NCBI GenBank assembly: GCA_046292385.1
Contig: JBKBRF010000042.1
Span: forward strand, 1-59,868
Direction of reading: 5' to 3'
Source of the DNA: Armatimonadota bacterium
GTDB lineage: Bacteria; Armatimonadota; SYMT01
Length of the DNA: 59,868 nucleotides
Below the pieces are notes generated by a model. The model was not told where the DNA came from, did no database searches, and saw only the letters and a list, made by a program, of their open reading frames with translations. Position numbers and translations under genes: made by a program. Positions within the stretch are counted from its first letter, which is position 1. The number at the start of each line of letters is the position of its first letter. Shown here piece after piece: positions 38,414-47,386 of the stretch.

Positions 38414-38446
38414 GGTAGTGCTCGGGAGTAAGCAGGCGGAGAGCGG

Positions 38447-39679
38447 TTAGTGGGCGATACGGGTCGTCGATTTCAAACGCTCCGCCAGGGTGCGGCCGTT
38501 TCTCCAGAGATCGAACCGCTGCTCGGCGCGCCCGCGCGCCGCTTGCGCGAACTCCCGCCGGAGTGAGGCGTCCGCGAGCAGCGTCTCGATCTTTTCCGAA
38601 AGCTCGTGAACGTCCTTAGGGGTGACGAGAAAGCCGCAGCGACCGCTGTCCAGCAGTTCGGCGATCCCCGCCACGTCCGAGGCGATCACCGGGGTCCCCA
38701 GCGCAACCGCCTCTTTGATCACATTCGGTACCCCGTCCCCGAGCTCGCTGGAAGGGTGCACCAGGAGCGTGGCCTTCTCCATCGCCCGGCGTACTTCGCG
38801 GAAGGGCTGCCAGCCGTGAAACTTCACCTGGCGCTTGATCCCGAGGCTGGAAGCGAGCGCTTTTAACGCCGGGGCGTCCTCTCCGTCGCCGATAAACTCC
38901 AGCTCGAATTCGATCTTCCGGCTCTTCAGTTCTCCGGCAGCTTTCAGCAGAATATCGAAGCCTTTCCACTTGGAAAGACGTCCCACGGCGAGGATCTTGT
39001 TGCGCTCTCTTCCGTCCGGAGTGAACGGGAATTCGGCGAAATCGAGTCCATGTGCGCAGACATGTACTTTCCCGGAGATCGCCTGCCAGATGTCGGCGTA
39101 GTTGCTCTGGAGAAACCCGATATTGAAGTCGCAGCAGGTGACGATATTGTCTGCATAGAGGAGCTTCTCACGAAGATAGGCGCCGCCTTTGTAAAGATCC
39201 GTCCCGGCGTGAACCCAGATGGAAAACGGCTTTTCCGGGGCTGTAAGACGGTGGAACAAATAGGCGCAGGTAGCCGCGTAGTTCCCCCAATAGCCGAGCA
39301 CATGATCGTATCGGCCGCCGTATTCCTTCGCCCAGGTCCACGCTTTGGGAAGGATGTAGGAGCTCTTGGCGAAGGAGTCCAACCCGAAGCGGGCGGCGGA
39401 GGCGAGAATAGCCTCGCTATCCTTGAGGAACCGGCCGGCGCTTCGCAGTGGGAGCGGGCGCGGAACCAGGCACTTTCCCAGGCTCAGGTGGTGAACCTTC
39501 TTGCGAGGGAATGCGGATTCGTCGAGGATTTCCGGGACATATCGCCACAGCTCCGGGTCGAGCGGGTAGATCGGGAAGATGTCGACCTCCACTCCGGCCT
39601 CCAGTAAGGCCCGCATGTCGCGTGCAAAGAAAGTGCTGACCCGGGCCGGGAAAACATTGGTAAAGACTGCAAGGCGCAT
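38447..39679 (-). CDS. Glycosyltransferase family 4 (WcaL-like)
   Basis: VGRLSKWKG and DGVPNVIKEA motifs; start MRLAVFTN. Confidence 0.88.
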   Translation of the reverse strand: MRLAVFTNVFPARVSTFFARDMRALLEAGVEVDIFPIYPLDPELWRYVPEILDESAFPRKKVHHLSLGKCLVPRPLPLRSAGRFLKDSEAILASAARFGLDSFAKSSYILPKAWTWAKEYGGRYDHVLGYWGNYAATCAYLFHRLTAPEKPFSIWVHAGTDLYKGGAYLREKLLYADNIVTCCDFNIGFLQSNYADIWQAISGKVHVCAHGLDFAEFPFTPDGRERNKILAVGRLSKWKGFDILLKAAGELKSRKIEFELEFIGDGEDAPALKALASSLGIKRQVKFHGWQPFREVRRAMEKATLLVHPSSELGDGVPNVIKEAVALGTPVIASDVAGIAELLDSGRCGFLVTPKDVHELSEKIETLLADASLRREFAQAARGRAEQRFDLWRNGRTLAERLKSTTRIAH

Positions 39680-39743
39680 GGTATATCCCCATCCGATCGG
39701 TCGTGGAGACGGATCGGTATCGTGGTGAGTCGACGGGAGAATC

Positions 39744-41144
39744 TCAGAGAGCGGTGGGACCGGGATCATCCGGAGGCGGAGGCACGGCGCGGGCTTTCAG
39801 CCAGTGGATGCGCGGCGTCAGCGTGCTCTCCAATAGAGGGCCAACGCCGCTCGCCATGGCGTAGGCCATCACGAGCCAGTGGAGCTTGTTGTAGATCCAG
39901 ACGCCGCTCATGTTCGCGATGAAGACGGTAATGGTCATTGCGAGCGGGAGCATACCGTAACTCCCGCGGCGAGACCTCCAGGCAGCGGCCAGGCACAGCC
40001 CGGAGCCGAGCAAGAAAGGTACTGCGCCGAGCAGCCCGGTTGCCACGAGCACGAAGAGCACGGCATTGTGCGCGTTCTTCGTCTCCTCTTCGGGATGCTG
40101 CAGGCGCCGGCCGAGCTCGTAGTTGCAGGTCACCGGCCCCCAGCCGATCAGCGGGCGCTCGGTGACCATCTGCCAGGCGGTCGGGTAGATCAGCTCCCGG
40201 CGCGCCATCTCGCCGGAGGCGAGAGTCTCTTCGAACCGCGCGCGGGTGACCTCGGAGCGGGAGGCGAGCCAGACGAAGAAGCTCATCCCGACGAGGACGA
40301 CCGCCAGCATTCGGACACGGGTGCGGGCATCTCCAGCGCTCAGCGCGAGGACCAGGAGCCCCGCCGCCAGCGCGAGCAGCCCGCCCCGAGAGCCGGTGTT
40401 GACGAGGGAGACCCCCATCAGCACGAAGCCGATCAGGGCTGCGCAGCGGAGGAAGGAGGACGCCTGCCGGAGCGCGTAGCCGAAGCTGGTCAGGGTGAGG
40501 AGCCCGAGGGCGAGGATCCGCGCCATGGTGTTCGGATGGAGCCCCAGCGCGGTGAGGCGGCCCGACCCGCTGGTGAGCCCGCCGGTGACGATCTCCACTC
40601 CCTGAATCACCACCAGGAGAGTGCAGGCGGCGGCGAAGAGGAGCAGTGCGGTCCGGGCGATCCGCTCCCGGCGCATCAGGTTGAACGCCACCCAGCAGAG
40701 GAGCGTGAGCTGGACGTGGACCACCGAGAGGCGGATGATCTCGCCGCGGAGCTCCCGGGGCTGCAGGGCGCCTAGAACGAGGCTGACGTAGAGGTACGCC
40801 GCGAAGAACCAGAAGGCGGCCGGCGGCTTGCGGAAGCACTCCCGCGGCTGCAGCAGCGTCGCCAGGAACAGGAGGCCGATCCCCAGCATCGTGGGCTCCA
40901 GCCCGCCGGGAAGCAGCACCGCTTCGAACGGAAGCAAGAAGATGAAGAGGTAGAACGCCAGCGGGATCAGCGGGTTGAGCGGTGCCGCGCGGCACTCCGT
41001 TTGGGGAGGCGTGAGGTACGGCAGCGGCCTGGCTGCGGCACGCCCGGGTGAGGCAGGCCCCGGGCGCGGCGGCACTCGGAGCGGCCGGGCCGGTATGACG
41101 CTCGATCCGGTACTATGGTGATCCCGTGCAGTCGGTGGTACCAT
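39744..41144 (-). CDS. wzy: O-antigen ligase / Wzy polymerase family membrane protein
   Basis: HPN, TGSRGG, RPLIGWG and AHN motifs; about 10-12 TM; start uncertain. Confidence 0.75.
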   Translation of the reverse strand: MVPPTARDHHSTGSSVIPARPLRVPPRPGPASPGRAAARPLPYLTPPQTECRAAPLNPLIPLAFYLFIFLLPFEAVLLPGGLEPTMLGIGLLFLATLLQPRECFRKPPAAFWFFAAYLYVSLVLGALQPRELRGEIIRLSVVHVQLTLLCWVAFNLMRRERIARTALLLFAAACTLLVVIQGVEIVTGGLTSGSGRLTALGLHPNTMARILALGLLTLTSFGYALRQASSFLRCAALIGFVLMGVSLVNTGSRGGLLALAAGLLVLALSAGDARTRVRMLAVVLVGMSFFVWLASRSEVTRARFEETLASGEMARRELIYPTAWQMVTERPLIGWGPVTCNYELGRRLQHPEEETKNAHNAVLFVLVATGLLGAVPFLLGSGLCLAAAWRSRRGSYGMLPLAMTITVFIANMSGVWIYNKLHWLVMAYAMASGVGPLLESTLTPRIHWLKARAVPPPPDDPGPTAL

Positions 41145-41257
41145 CTGGGGCTCGCGCTCTCTGGCAGTGCGTTGGAGTTAGATGCTTCTGGTGAGCGGTG
41201 CGCTGGGGGGAGCCGGGCGGCGACTTGCAGGTGCCGCCGCCCGGCTCCCGGTGTCTC

Positions 41258-43240
41258 TCACTGCGGCTTCTTCTGGTAGAGCCCGGGGGTGGAGCCGCGC
41301 TCGAGCTGGGCGCCCCAGGCGAGAGCCGAGCCGCCCTCCCGCTTGTACTGGCCCGGGTACAGGTAGATCCGCAGCTTGTGCCCGGCCGTGACCTCGCCGA
41401 TGGCAGCCGCAATTCGCTGCCACGCAGCGGAGAGGGTGAAGGGTGTCTCGACGAGCCGCACCTTCGTGTTCAGGTTGTCGATGCGGACGGTGGCGAGGCT
41501 CAGGGTGCCGGCCTGCAGGTAGCAGGAGAAGACGTACGGCCCGGTTTCGGGGACCGTCACGTCGGTGTAGACCGCGGGATAGCCGCTGGCGGCCGGGGCG
41601 TCGTCGACTCGATCGGCGGTCTGCGCGCCGTTCGGGTCGACTGCGGCGTCGGCCGTGACCACGCATCCCTCACGGGTCGTCCACCGGTCGAACTGCTCAC
41701 TGAAAGCGAGCAGGTTCTCTCCGGGGACGACGTCCGGCGTCGTGGCGCTCGCGACGTTGGAGTAGTCGGAGTAGAGGTCTCCCGCGAAGGCGCGCACCCG
41801 GTAGTAGAAGGTGGTGCTCGCGGCGCCCGGATCGTCCACAAAGCTGGTGCTGTCCGGTCCCGCTACGCCGACGACGCTGAACTGCGTGCCGTCGGTCGAG
41901 CGCTCGATCTCCACGCCTTCCTCGTTGTTCGCGTGGTCGGTCCAGGCGAGATTGATGCGCGTGGTGACCGTCGCGGTCGCTGCCAGGTCCGACGGCGCGG
42001 CCGGCGGGACGTGAATCTTCGCCGAGGCGGTGTTAGACGGCGCGGAGAGCTGATCGCCCTTGAAGGCGCGCACCACGTAGGCGTAGGTCACCCCGGCCGT
42101 CACCGCCGTGTCCTGGTAGGCGGTGGTGTTCGCCGGGAGCGCCGGCAGCGCGGTGAAGCTGCCGCCGTCGGCGGAGCGCTGGACGATGAAGCCGTCCTCG
42201 TCGACCGAGTTGTCGGACCAGCCCAGGTCGATCCGCGACTCCGACGCCACCGTCGCGCTCAGGCTTCCAGGCGCCGGCAGAGCCGACTCCGCCCACAGCG
42301 TAAAGCTGTCGATCAGCTCGCCGGTGCGGGTGAAGAACTCGAAGGTGATACGATCCGCCGCCGCGGTCACCCGCTGGGCTCCATAGTCCGCGCCGTAGCG
42401 GACCAGGCTCCCTGCGGCGGGAGTCAGGCCGTCGAAGTTACCCCGGCTTCGCCCGCCCAGCCCGTTGATGACGTAGGTCAGCCCGTCGACCAGCAGGCGC
42501 TCGTAGATGTGGTGCTGTCCGGACAGCACTGCGTCGGCGCCCCACTCCTTGAACGGCCAGCGCAGCGTCGAGTACCCTCCCCGGGTTCCGTAGGGTGGGT
42601 GATGGATGACGACGAGCTTCCAGGGCGCGGTGGAGGCGGCCAGCCGTGCCTGGAGCCATTTGGCCTGTACGGAGGTGCTCTTGATGCCGTCCGGCTCGTG
42701 CTTCTCGCTGTTCAGCATGAAGAAGTGCACGGGACCCCAGGTGAAGTCGTAGTAGCGCTCGTTGTTCGGCAGCGTGAAGTAGTCGAGGTAGGCGGTATAC
42801 CCCGTGGAGGAGTGCCAGTCCTTGTCCGCCAGCGCGGGAAAGAACCGGTTCGTCTCCGCGCCCGCACCGTAGCTGCCCCGGTAGGGATGGATGTACTCCT
42901 GGTAGTACTGCCCGACGTTCTTGTCGATCGTCTGCGCGGCGCCATTCGAGTAGGTCTTGTCGCCGTAGTTGTTGTCGCCCAGCGTGGCGATGAGCTCCGG
43001 GCTCCAGCTCTTCACCAGGCTCGCCACATCCCGCTCGGCGGTACCGCTCCAACCGTAGTCCCCGATGATGGCGAAGAGGCACTCGCTCGCCTGCGCCGCC
43101 GCAGGCCGGGCGCTCTGAAGCTCTACCAGCGAGAGGCCGGCCGCGGTGATCAGGCTGGTCCGTATGAGGTCACGCCGGTTTAGCGAAAGGTGCTCCCGCG
43201 GGGGGGCAGCCGGCCGGGACTGGTGCTTGCGATTCATCAT
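41258..43240 (-). CDS. Tat-exported metallophosphoesterase (PAP-like, altered motifs) + 2x FN3 + CBM-like domain, paralogue A
   Basis: NRRDLI Tat motif; GDYG, GDNNY, HHPPY; FN3 repeats; C-terminal NLLAFSE...WGAQLERG. Confidence 0.85.
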   Translation of the reverse strand: MMNRKHQSRPAAPPREHLSLNRRDLIRTSLITAAGLSLVELQSARPAAAQASECLFAIIGDYGWSGTAERDVASLVKSWSPELIATLGDNNYGDKTYSNGAAQTIDKNVGQYYQEYIHPYRGSYGAGAETNRFFPALADKDWHSSTGYTAYLDYFTLPNNERYYDFTWGPVHFFMLNSEKHEPDGIKSTSVQAKWLQARLAASTAPWKLVVIHHPPYGTRGGYSTLRWPFKEWGADAVLSGQHHIYERLLVDGLTYVINGLGGRSRGNFDGLTPAAGSLVRYGADYGAQRVTAAADRITFEFFTRTGELIDSFTLWAESALPAPGSLSATVASESRIDLGWSDNSVDEDGFIVQRSADGGSFTALPALPANTTAYQDTAVTAGVTYAYVVRAFKGDQLSAPSNTASAKIHVPPAAPSDLAATATVTTRINLAWTDHANNEEGVEIERSTDGTQFSVVGVAGPDSTSFVDDPGAASTTFYYRVRAFAGDLYSDYSNVASATTPDVVPGENLLAFSEQFDRWTTREGCVVTADAAVDPNGAQTADRVDDAPAASGYPAVYTDVTVPETGPYVFSCYLQAGTLSLATVRIDNLNTKVRLVETPFTLSAAWQRIAAAIGEVTAGHKLRIYLYPGQYKREGGSALAWGAQLERGSTPGLYQKKPQ

Positions 43241-43270
43241 TCAGCGTCCTTCTCTGCAGAGAGAGCGGTC

Positions 43271-43313
43271 CGTGTCTCACCGCCGGCGAGCGTTCTGCCG
43301 GCGGTGAGACACG
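43271..43313. terminator. 17-bp perfect hairpin between phosphoesterase paralogues
   Basis: cgtgtctcaccgccggc-gagcgttct-gccggcggtgagacacg. Confidence 0.65.
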
Positions 43314-43321
43314 AACGGCGG

Positions 43322-45529
43322 TTAAGCGGGCTTCTTCCGGTACGGTCCCGGGACGGAGCCGCGCTCGAGCTGCGCGCCCCAGGCCAGGATCGAGCCGCCG
43401 TCCCGCTTGTACTGGCCGGGATAGAGGAAGATCCGCAGCTTGTGTCCCGCCGGCACGTCAGCCAGGACGGCAGAGAAGCGCTGCCACGAGCCGGAGAGGG
43501 TGAAGGGCGCCTCCACCAGTCGCACCTTCGTGTTCAGGTTGTCGATGCGGACGGTGGCCAGGCTCAGCGAGACGGCCTGCAGGTAGCAGGAGAAGACGTA
43601 CGGCCCGCTCTCGGGGACCATCACGTCGGTGTAGACCGCGGGAAAGCCGGTCGTGGAGAGAGAGTCGTCGAGCCGGTCCGCCGTCACCCCGCCGTTCGGA
43701 TCGGCGCCGGCGTTGGCGGTCACCGCGCAGGCGTTCTGGACCGCCCACCGGTCAAGCTGCTCGCTGTACGCCAGCAGGTTCTCGTTGGCCGGAGTCCCGG
43801 GCGTGGTAACCTGCGCCACGTTCGAGTAGTCGGAGTAGCGGTCTCCCACGAACGCGCGGACCCGGTAGAAGAAGGTGGCGCCTTCGACCTCCGGATCGTC
43901 CGTGAAGCCGGTGCTGTTCGGACCGGCGAGGCCGACCACGCTGAAGCGAGTCCCGTCCGCGGACCGCTCGATCTCGACTCCCTCTTCGCCGTCCGCGCGG
44001 TCGGTCCAGGAGAGCCGGATCGCCGTGGAAGTCTCCGGTGAGCCGCCGTTCGCGCTCTCGATCGAAAGGCCGAAAAGCACCGCGTCGCCGTAGATGCGGG
44101 CGATTTGCAGATCCAGCGCCCCGTCCTGTACGGAGACTCGGAAGGGCCCGTACTTCCGCCAGCTTCCGAGCGGGAGGGTGCCGATCCCGCTCGCCAGGGT
44201 CGCTCCCTCGCCGGTCGCGGTCATGCTCCGGTAATTGGGCCGCCAGTTCTCGATCATCCAGAGGCAGACGTCGTACTCGCCGTTCGCCAGCGCCTGGCGC
44301 ACCTGGAAGGCGCCCGGCTTCCAGATACAGCTCTCCAGCATCGTGCGAGTATCGGCGTCGGCCGTCGGTGAGAGCTCGAAGGTGTAGCTCCCGCTCCAGC
44401 TATCGGCCCCGGTGACGGAGAGCCCCTGGCCCAGCGCGTCGGCGTGGGAGAGCCACTGCCTTCCTTCGATGGTAACCGCCGGTCCGTTCAGGTTGATGCC
44501 GCGGAAGTAGCCGGAGGCCGGTGCCGCCGGCGCGGCCTCCAGGTTGGCGGGCGCCGGCAGCGCCGCCTCTTTCCAGAGGGTGAAGCTATCGATCAGCTCG
44601 CCGGCGCGGGTGAAGAACTCGAACGTGATCCGGTCGCTCGCCGCGGTGACGCGCTGCGCCCCGTAGTCCGCCCCGTACCGGACGAGACTCCCCTCCGCCG
44701 GATCGAGCCCTACGAAGTCGCCGCGGCTCCGGCCTCCGAGGCCGTTGATGACGTAGGTGAGCCCGTCGACCAGCAGGCGCTCGTAGACGTGGTGCTGTCC
44801 GGAGAGCACCACGTCGGCGCCCCACTCCTTGAACGGCCACTGCAGTCGCACAAAGCCGCCGCGGGTGGCGTAGGGCGGGTGATGGAGCACGACGATCTTC
44901 CAGGGGGCGGTGGAGGCGGCGAGCCGGGACTGCAGCCAGGCGGACTGCACGGACGGATGCCGGGATCCGTCGGGGTCATGGAGCTCGCTGTTCACCATGA
45001 AGAAGTGAACCGGACCCCAGGTGAAGTCGTAGTAGCGCTCGTTGTGGGGCAGGGTGAAGTAGTCGAGGTACGCCTGGTAGCCGATCGCGGCGTTCCAGTC
45101 CTTGTCCGCCAGGGCCGGGAAGAAGCGGTTCGTCTCCGCGCCCGTCCCGTAGCTGCCCAGGTACGGGTGGATGAACTCGTGGTAGTACTGCCCGATATTC
45201 TTGTCGATCGTCTCGACCGAGGCGGTCTCGTAGACGGTGTCCCCGTAGTTGTTGTCCCCCGTGGTGACGATGAACTCCGGGCTCCAGCTCTTCACCAGGT
45301 TCGCCACGTCGCGCTCGGCGGTACCGCTCCAGCCGTAGTCCCCGATGATGGCGAAGTGACACTCGCTCGCCTGCGCGTGTGCCGGGCGGGCGCTCTGCAG
45401 GTCTACCAGCGAAAGGCTGGCTACGGTGAACAGGCCGGTCCGAATCAACTCGCGCCGGCTCATACCAGGATGCGGACACGTTTCGTCCGCCTGGGGGGCA
45501 AGGTTCTGGAAATCGCGTTCGGATTGCAT
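43322..45529 (-). CDS. Tat-exported metallophosphoesterase + FN3 split by a malectin-like insert + CBM-like domain, paralogue B
   Basis: SRRELI Tat motif; same motifs as paralogue A; extra ~160-aa insert GINLNG...GALDL. Confidence 0.85.
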   Translation of the reverse strand: MQSERDFQNLAPQADETCPHPGMSRRELIRTGLFTVASLSLVDLQSARPAHAQASECHFAIIGDYGWSGTAERDVANLVKSWSPEFIVTTGDNNYGDTVYETASVETIDKNIGQYYHEFIHPYLGSYGTGAETNRFFPALADKDWNAAIGYQAYLDYFTLPHNERYYDFTWGPVHFFMVNSELHDPDGSRHPSVQSAWLQSRLAASTAPWKIVVLHHPPYATRGGFVRLQWPFKEWGADVVLSGQHHVYERLLVDGLTYVINGLGGRSRGDFVGLDPAEGSLVRYGADYGAQRVTAASDRITFEFFTRAGELIDSFTLWKEAALPAPANLEAAPAAPASGYFRGINLNGPAVTIEGRQWLSHADALGQGLSVTGADSWSGSYTFELSPTADADTRTMLESCIWKPGAFQVRQALANGEYDVCLWMIENWRPNYRSMTATGEGATLASGIGTLPLGSWRKYGPFRVSVQDGALDLQIARIYGDAVLFGLSIESANGGSPETSTAIRLSWTDRADGEEGVEIERSADGTRFSVVGLAGPNSTGFTDDPEVEGATFFYRVRAFVGDRYSDYSNVAQVTTPGTPANENLLAYSEQLDRWAVQNACAVTANAGADPNGGVTADRLDDSLSTTGFPAVYTDVMVPESGPYVFSCYLQAVSLSLATVRIDNLNTKVRLVEAPFTLSGSWQRFSAVLADVPAGHKLRIFLYPGQYKRDGGSILAWGAQLERGSVPGPYRKKPA

Positions 45530-45554
45530 GTCTTCTCCTCCTGGCTGATGAGCT

Positions 45555-47321
45555 TCAGCGGTTCACGAGCCGCCGGCGAGGGCGCAGCGGCATGCGCCGG
45601 CGCGGCGGGCTGGACAGGCTTCTGAGGTAAGGCCCGGCGGTGGAGCCGCGCTCGAGCTGCGCGCCCCAGGCGAGGACCGACCCTCCCTCCCGCCGGTACT
45701 GGCCGGGATAGAGGTAGATCCGCACCTTGTGTCCCGCCGTGATCTCTCCGAGCGGGACGGTGAATCGCTCCCAGGATCCGGTGGGGAGCGTGAGGGGAGC
45801 CTCGACCAGCCGCAGCTTCGTGATCAGGTTGTCGATCCGGACGGTCGCCTGTCGGAGCGATTCCGCCTGGAAGTAGCAGGAGAAGACATAGGGTCCGGTT
45901 GTCGGGACCGTGACGTCCGCGTAGATGGCGGGATAGCCGGCCGTGGAGGGGGAGTCGTCGATCCGGTCCGCGGTCATCGTCAGGTTCGGAGCGGCCGCGA
46001 CGTTCGGGACGACCGTGCAGCCCTCCCGCATCACCCACCGCTCGAACTGCTCGCTGTTGGCGAGCAGGTTGGTGCCGCCCGTGGAAGCCGGTGTCGTGGC
46101 GCTCGCCACGTTGGAGTACTGGGAGTAGCGAGTGCCGGCGGCGGCGCGGACCCGGTAGTAGAAGGTCGTGGCCGGGGTCCCGGTCTCGTCCGCGAAACTG
46201 GTGCTGTTCGCCCCCAGGACCGCGATCAAAGAGAAGCTTGCCCCATCCCGGGAGCGCTCCAGCTCGAACGTCTCTTCGCCGCTCGTCTGGTCGACCCAGG
46301 TGAGATTGATGAGGGTGCCGGCCGTCGGGCTCGCCTGCAGTTGGGTGGGCGCCGCCAGGGGGAGCTCGCCCCAGAGGGTGAAGCTGTCGACCAGTTGTCC
46401 GGCGCGGCTGAAGAACTCGAAGGTGATCCGATCGCTGGCCGCGGTGACGCGCTGCGCCCCGTAGTCCGCCCCGTACCGGACGAGACTCCCCGCTGCCGGC
46501 TGCAGGCCGTCGAAGTTGCCCCGGCTGCGGCCGCCGAGCCCGTTGATGACGTAGGTCAGTCCTCCGACCTCCAGCCGCTCGTAGACGTGGTGCTGGCCGG
46601 AGATGACGGCGTGGGCGCCCCACTCCTTGAACGGCCACTGCATCCGCGCCAGCCCTCCCCGCGTCGCGTACGGAGGGTTGTGGCAGACCACGATCTTCCA
46701 GGGAGCGGTGGAAGCGGCGAGCTGGCGCTGCAGCCAGGCGGACTGGACCGAGGGATGCTTCGCTCCATCCGGCTCGTGCTTCTCGCTGTTCAGGATGAAG
46801 AAGTGGACCGGACCCCAGACGAAGTCGTAGTAGCGCTCGTTGTGGGGCAGGGTGAAGTAATCCAGGTGGGCCTGGTAGCCGAGGGTGGGGTGCCACTCCT
46901 TATCGGCAACCGCGGGGAAGAACCGGTTCGTGTCGGCCCCCGCGCCGTAGCTTCCCCGGTACGGGTGAATGTACTCGTGGTAGTACTGGCCGACGTTCTT
47001 GTCGATCGTCTCGACCGAGCCATTCGCGTAGACAGCGTCCCCGTAGTTGTTGTCCCCCGCGGTGACGATGAGCTCCGGGCTCCAGCTCTTCACCAGGTTC
47101 GCCACGTCGCGCTCGGCGGTGCCGCTCCAGCCGTAATCACCGATGATGGCGAAGAGGCACTCGCCGGCCTGGGCCCAGCCGGGTCGAGCGTGCCGGAGAT
47201 CGGCGAGCGAGAGCGCCGCCGCGGTGAACAGGCCGGTGCGAATCACTTCACGGCGGCTGACTCCCGAGGACGGCAGCAACTGCTGGACCTGGTTGTGTAG
47301 AGCGGATCTCTTCATCTCCAT
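45555..47321 (-). CDS. Tat-exported metallophosphoesterase + FN3 + CBM-like domain, paralogue C
   Basis: SRREVI Tat motif; same motifs as paralogue A. Confidence 0.85.
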   Translation of the reverse strand: MEMKRSALHNQVQQLLPSSGVSRREVIRTGLFTAAALSLADLRHARPGWAQAGECLFAIIGDYGWSGTAERDVANLVKSWSPELIVTAGDNNYGDAVYANGSVETIDKNVGQYYHEYIHPYRGSYGAGADTNRFFPAVADKEWHPTLGYQAHLDYFTLPHNERYYDFVWGPVHFFILNSEKHEPDGAKHPSVQSAWLQRQLAASTAPWKIVVCHNPPYATRGGLARMQWPFKEWGAHAVISGQHHVYERLEVGGLTYVINGLGGRSRGNFDGLQPAAGSLVRYGADYGAQRVTAASDRITFEFFSRAGQLVDSFTLWGELPLAAPTQLQASPTAGTLINLTWVDQTSGEETFELERSRDGASFSLIAVLGANSTSFADETGTPATTFYYRVRAAAGTRYSQYSNVASATTPASTGGTNLLANSEQFERWVMREGCTVVPNVAAAPNLTMTADRIDDSPSTAGYPAIYADVTVPTTGPYVFSCYFQAESLRQATVRIDNLITKLRLVEAPLTLPTGSWERFTVPLGEITAGHKVRIYLYPGQYRREGGSVLAWGAQLERGSTAGPYLRSLSSPPRRRMPLRPRRRLVNR

Positions 47322-47386
47322 CCCTCCGCGCCCGGCCGGTGGAGCGAACTACTCCCGGACCAGGCGACGTGTAGCAAGACCAGCGA

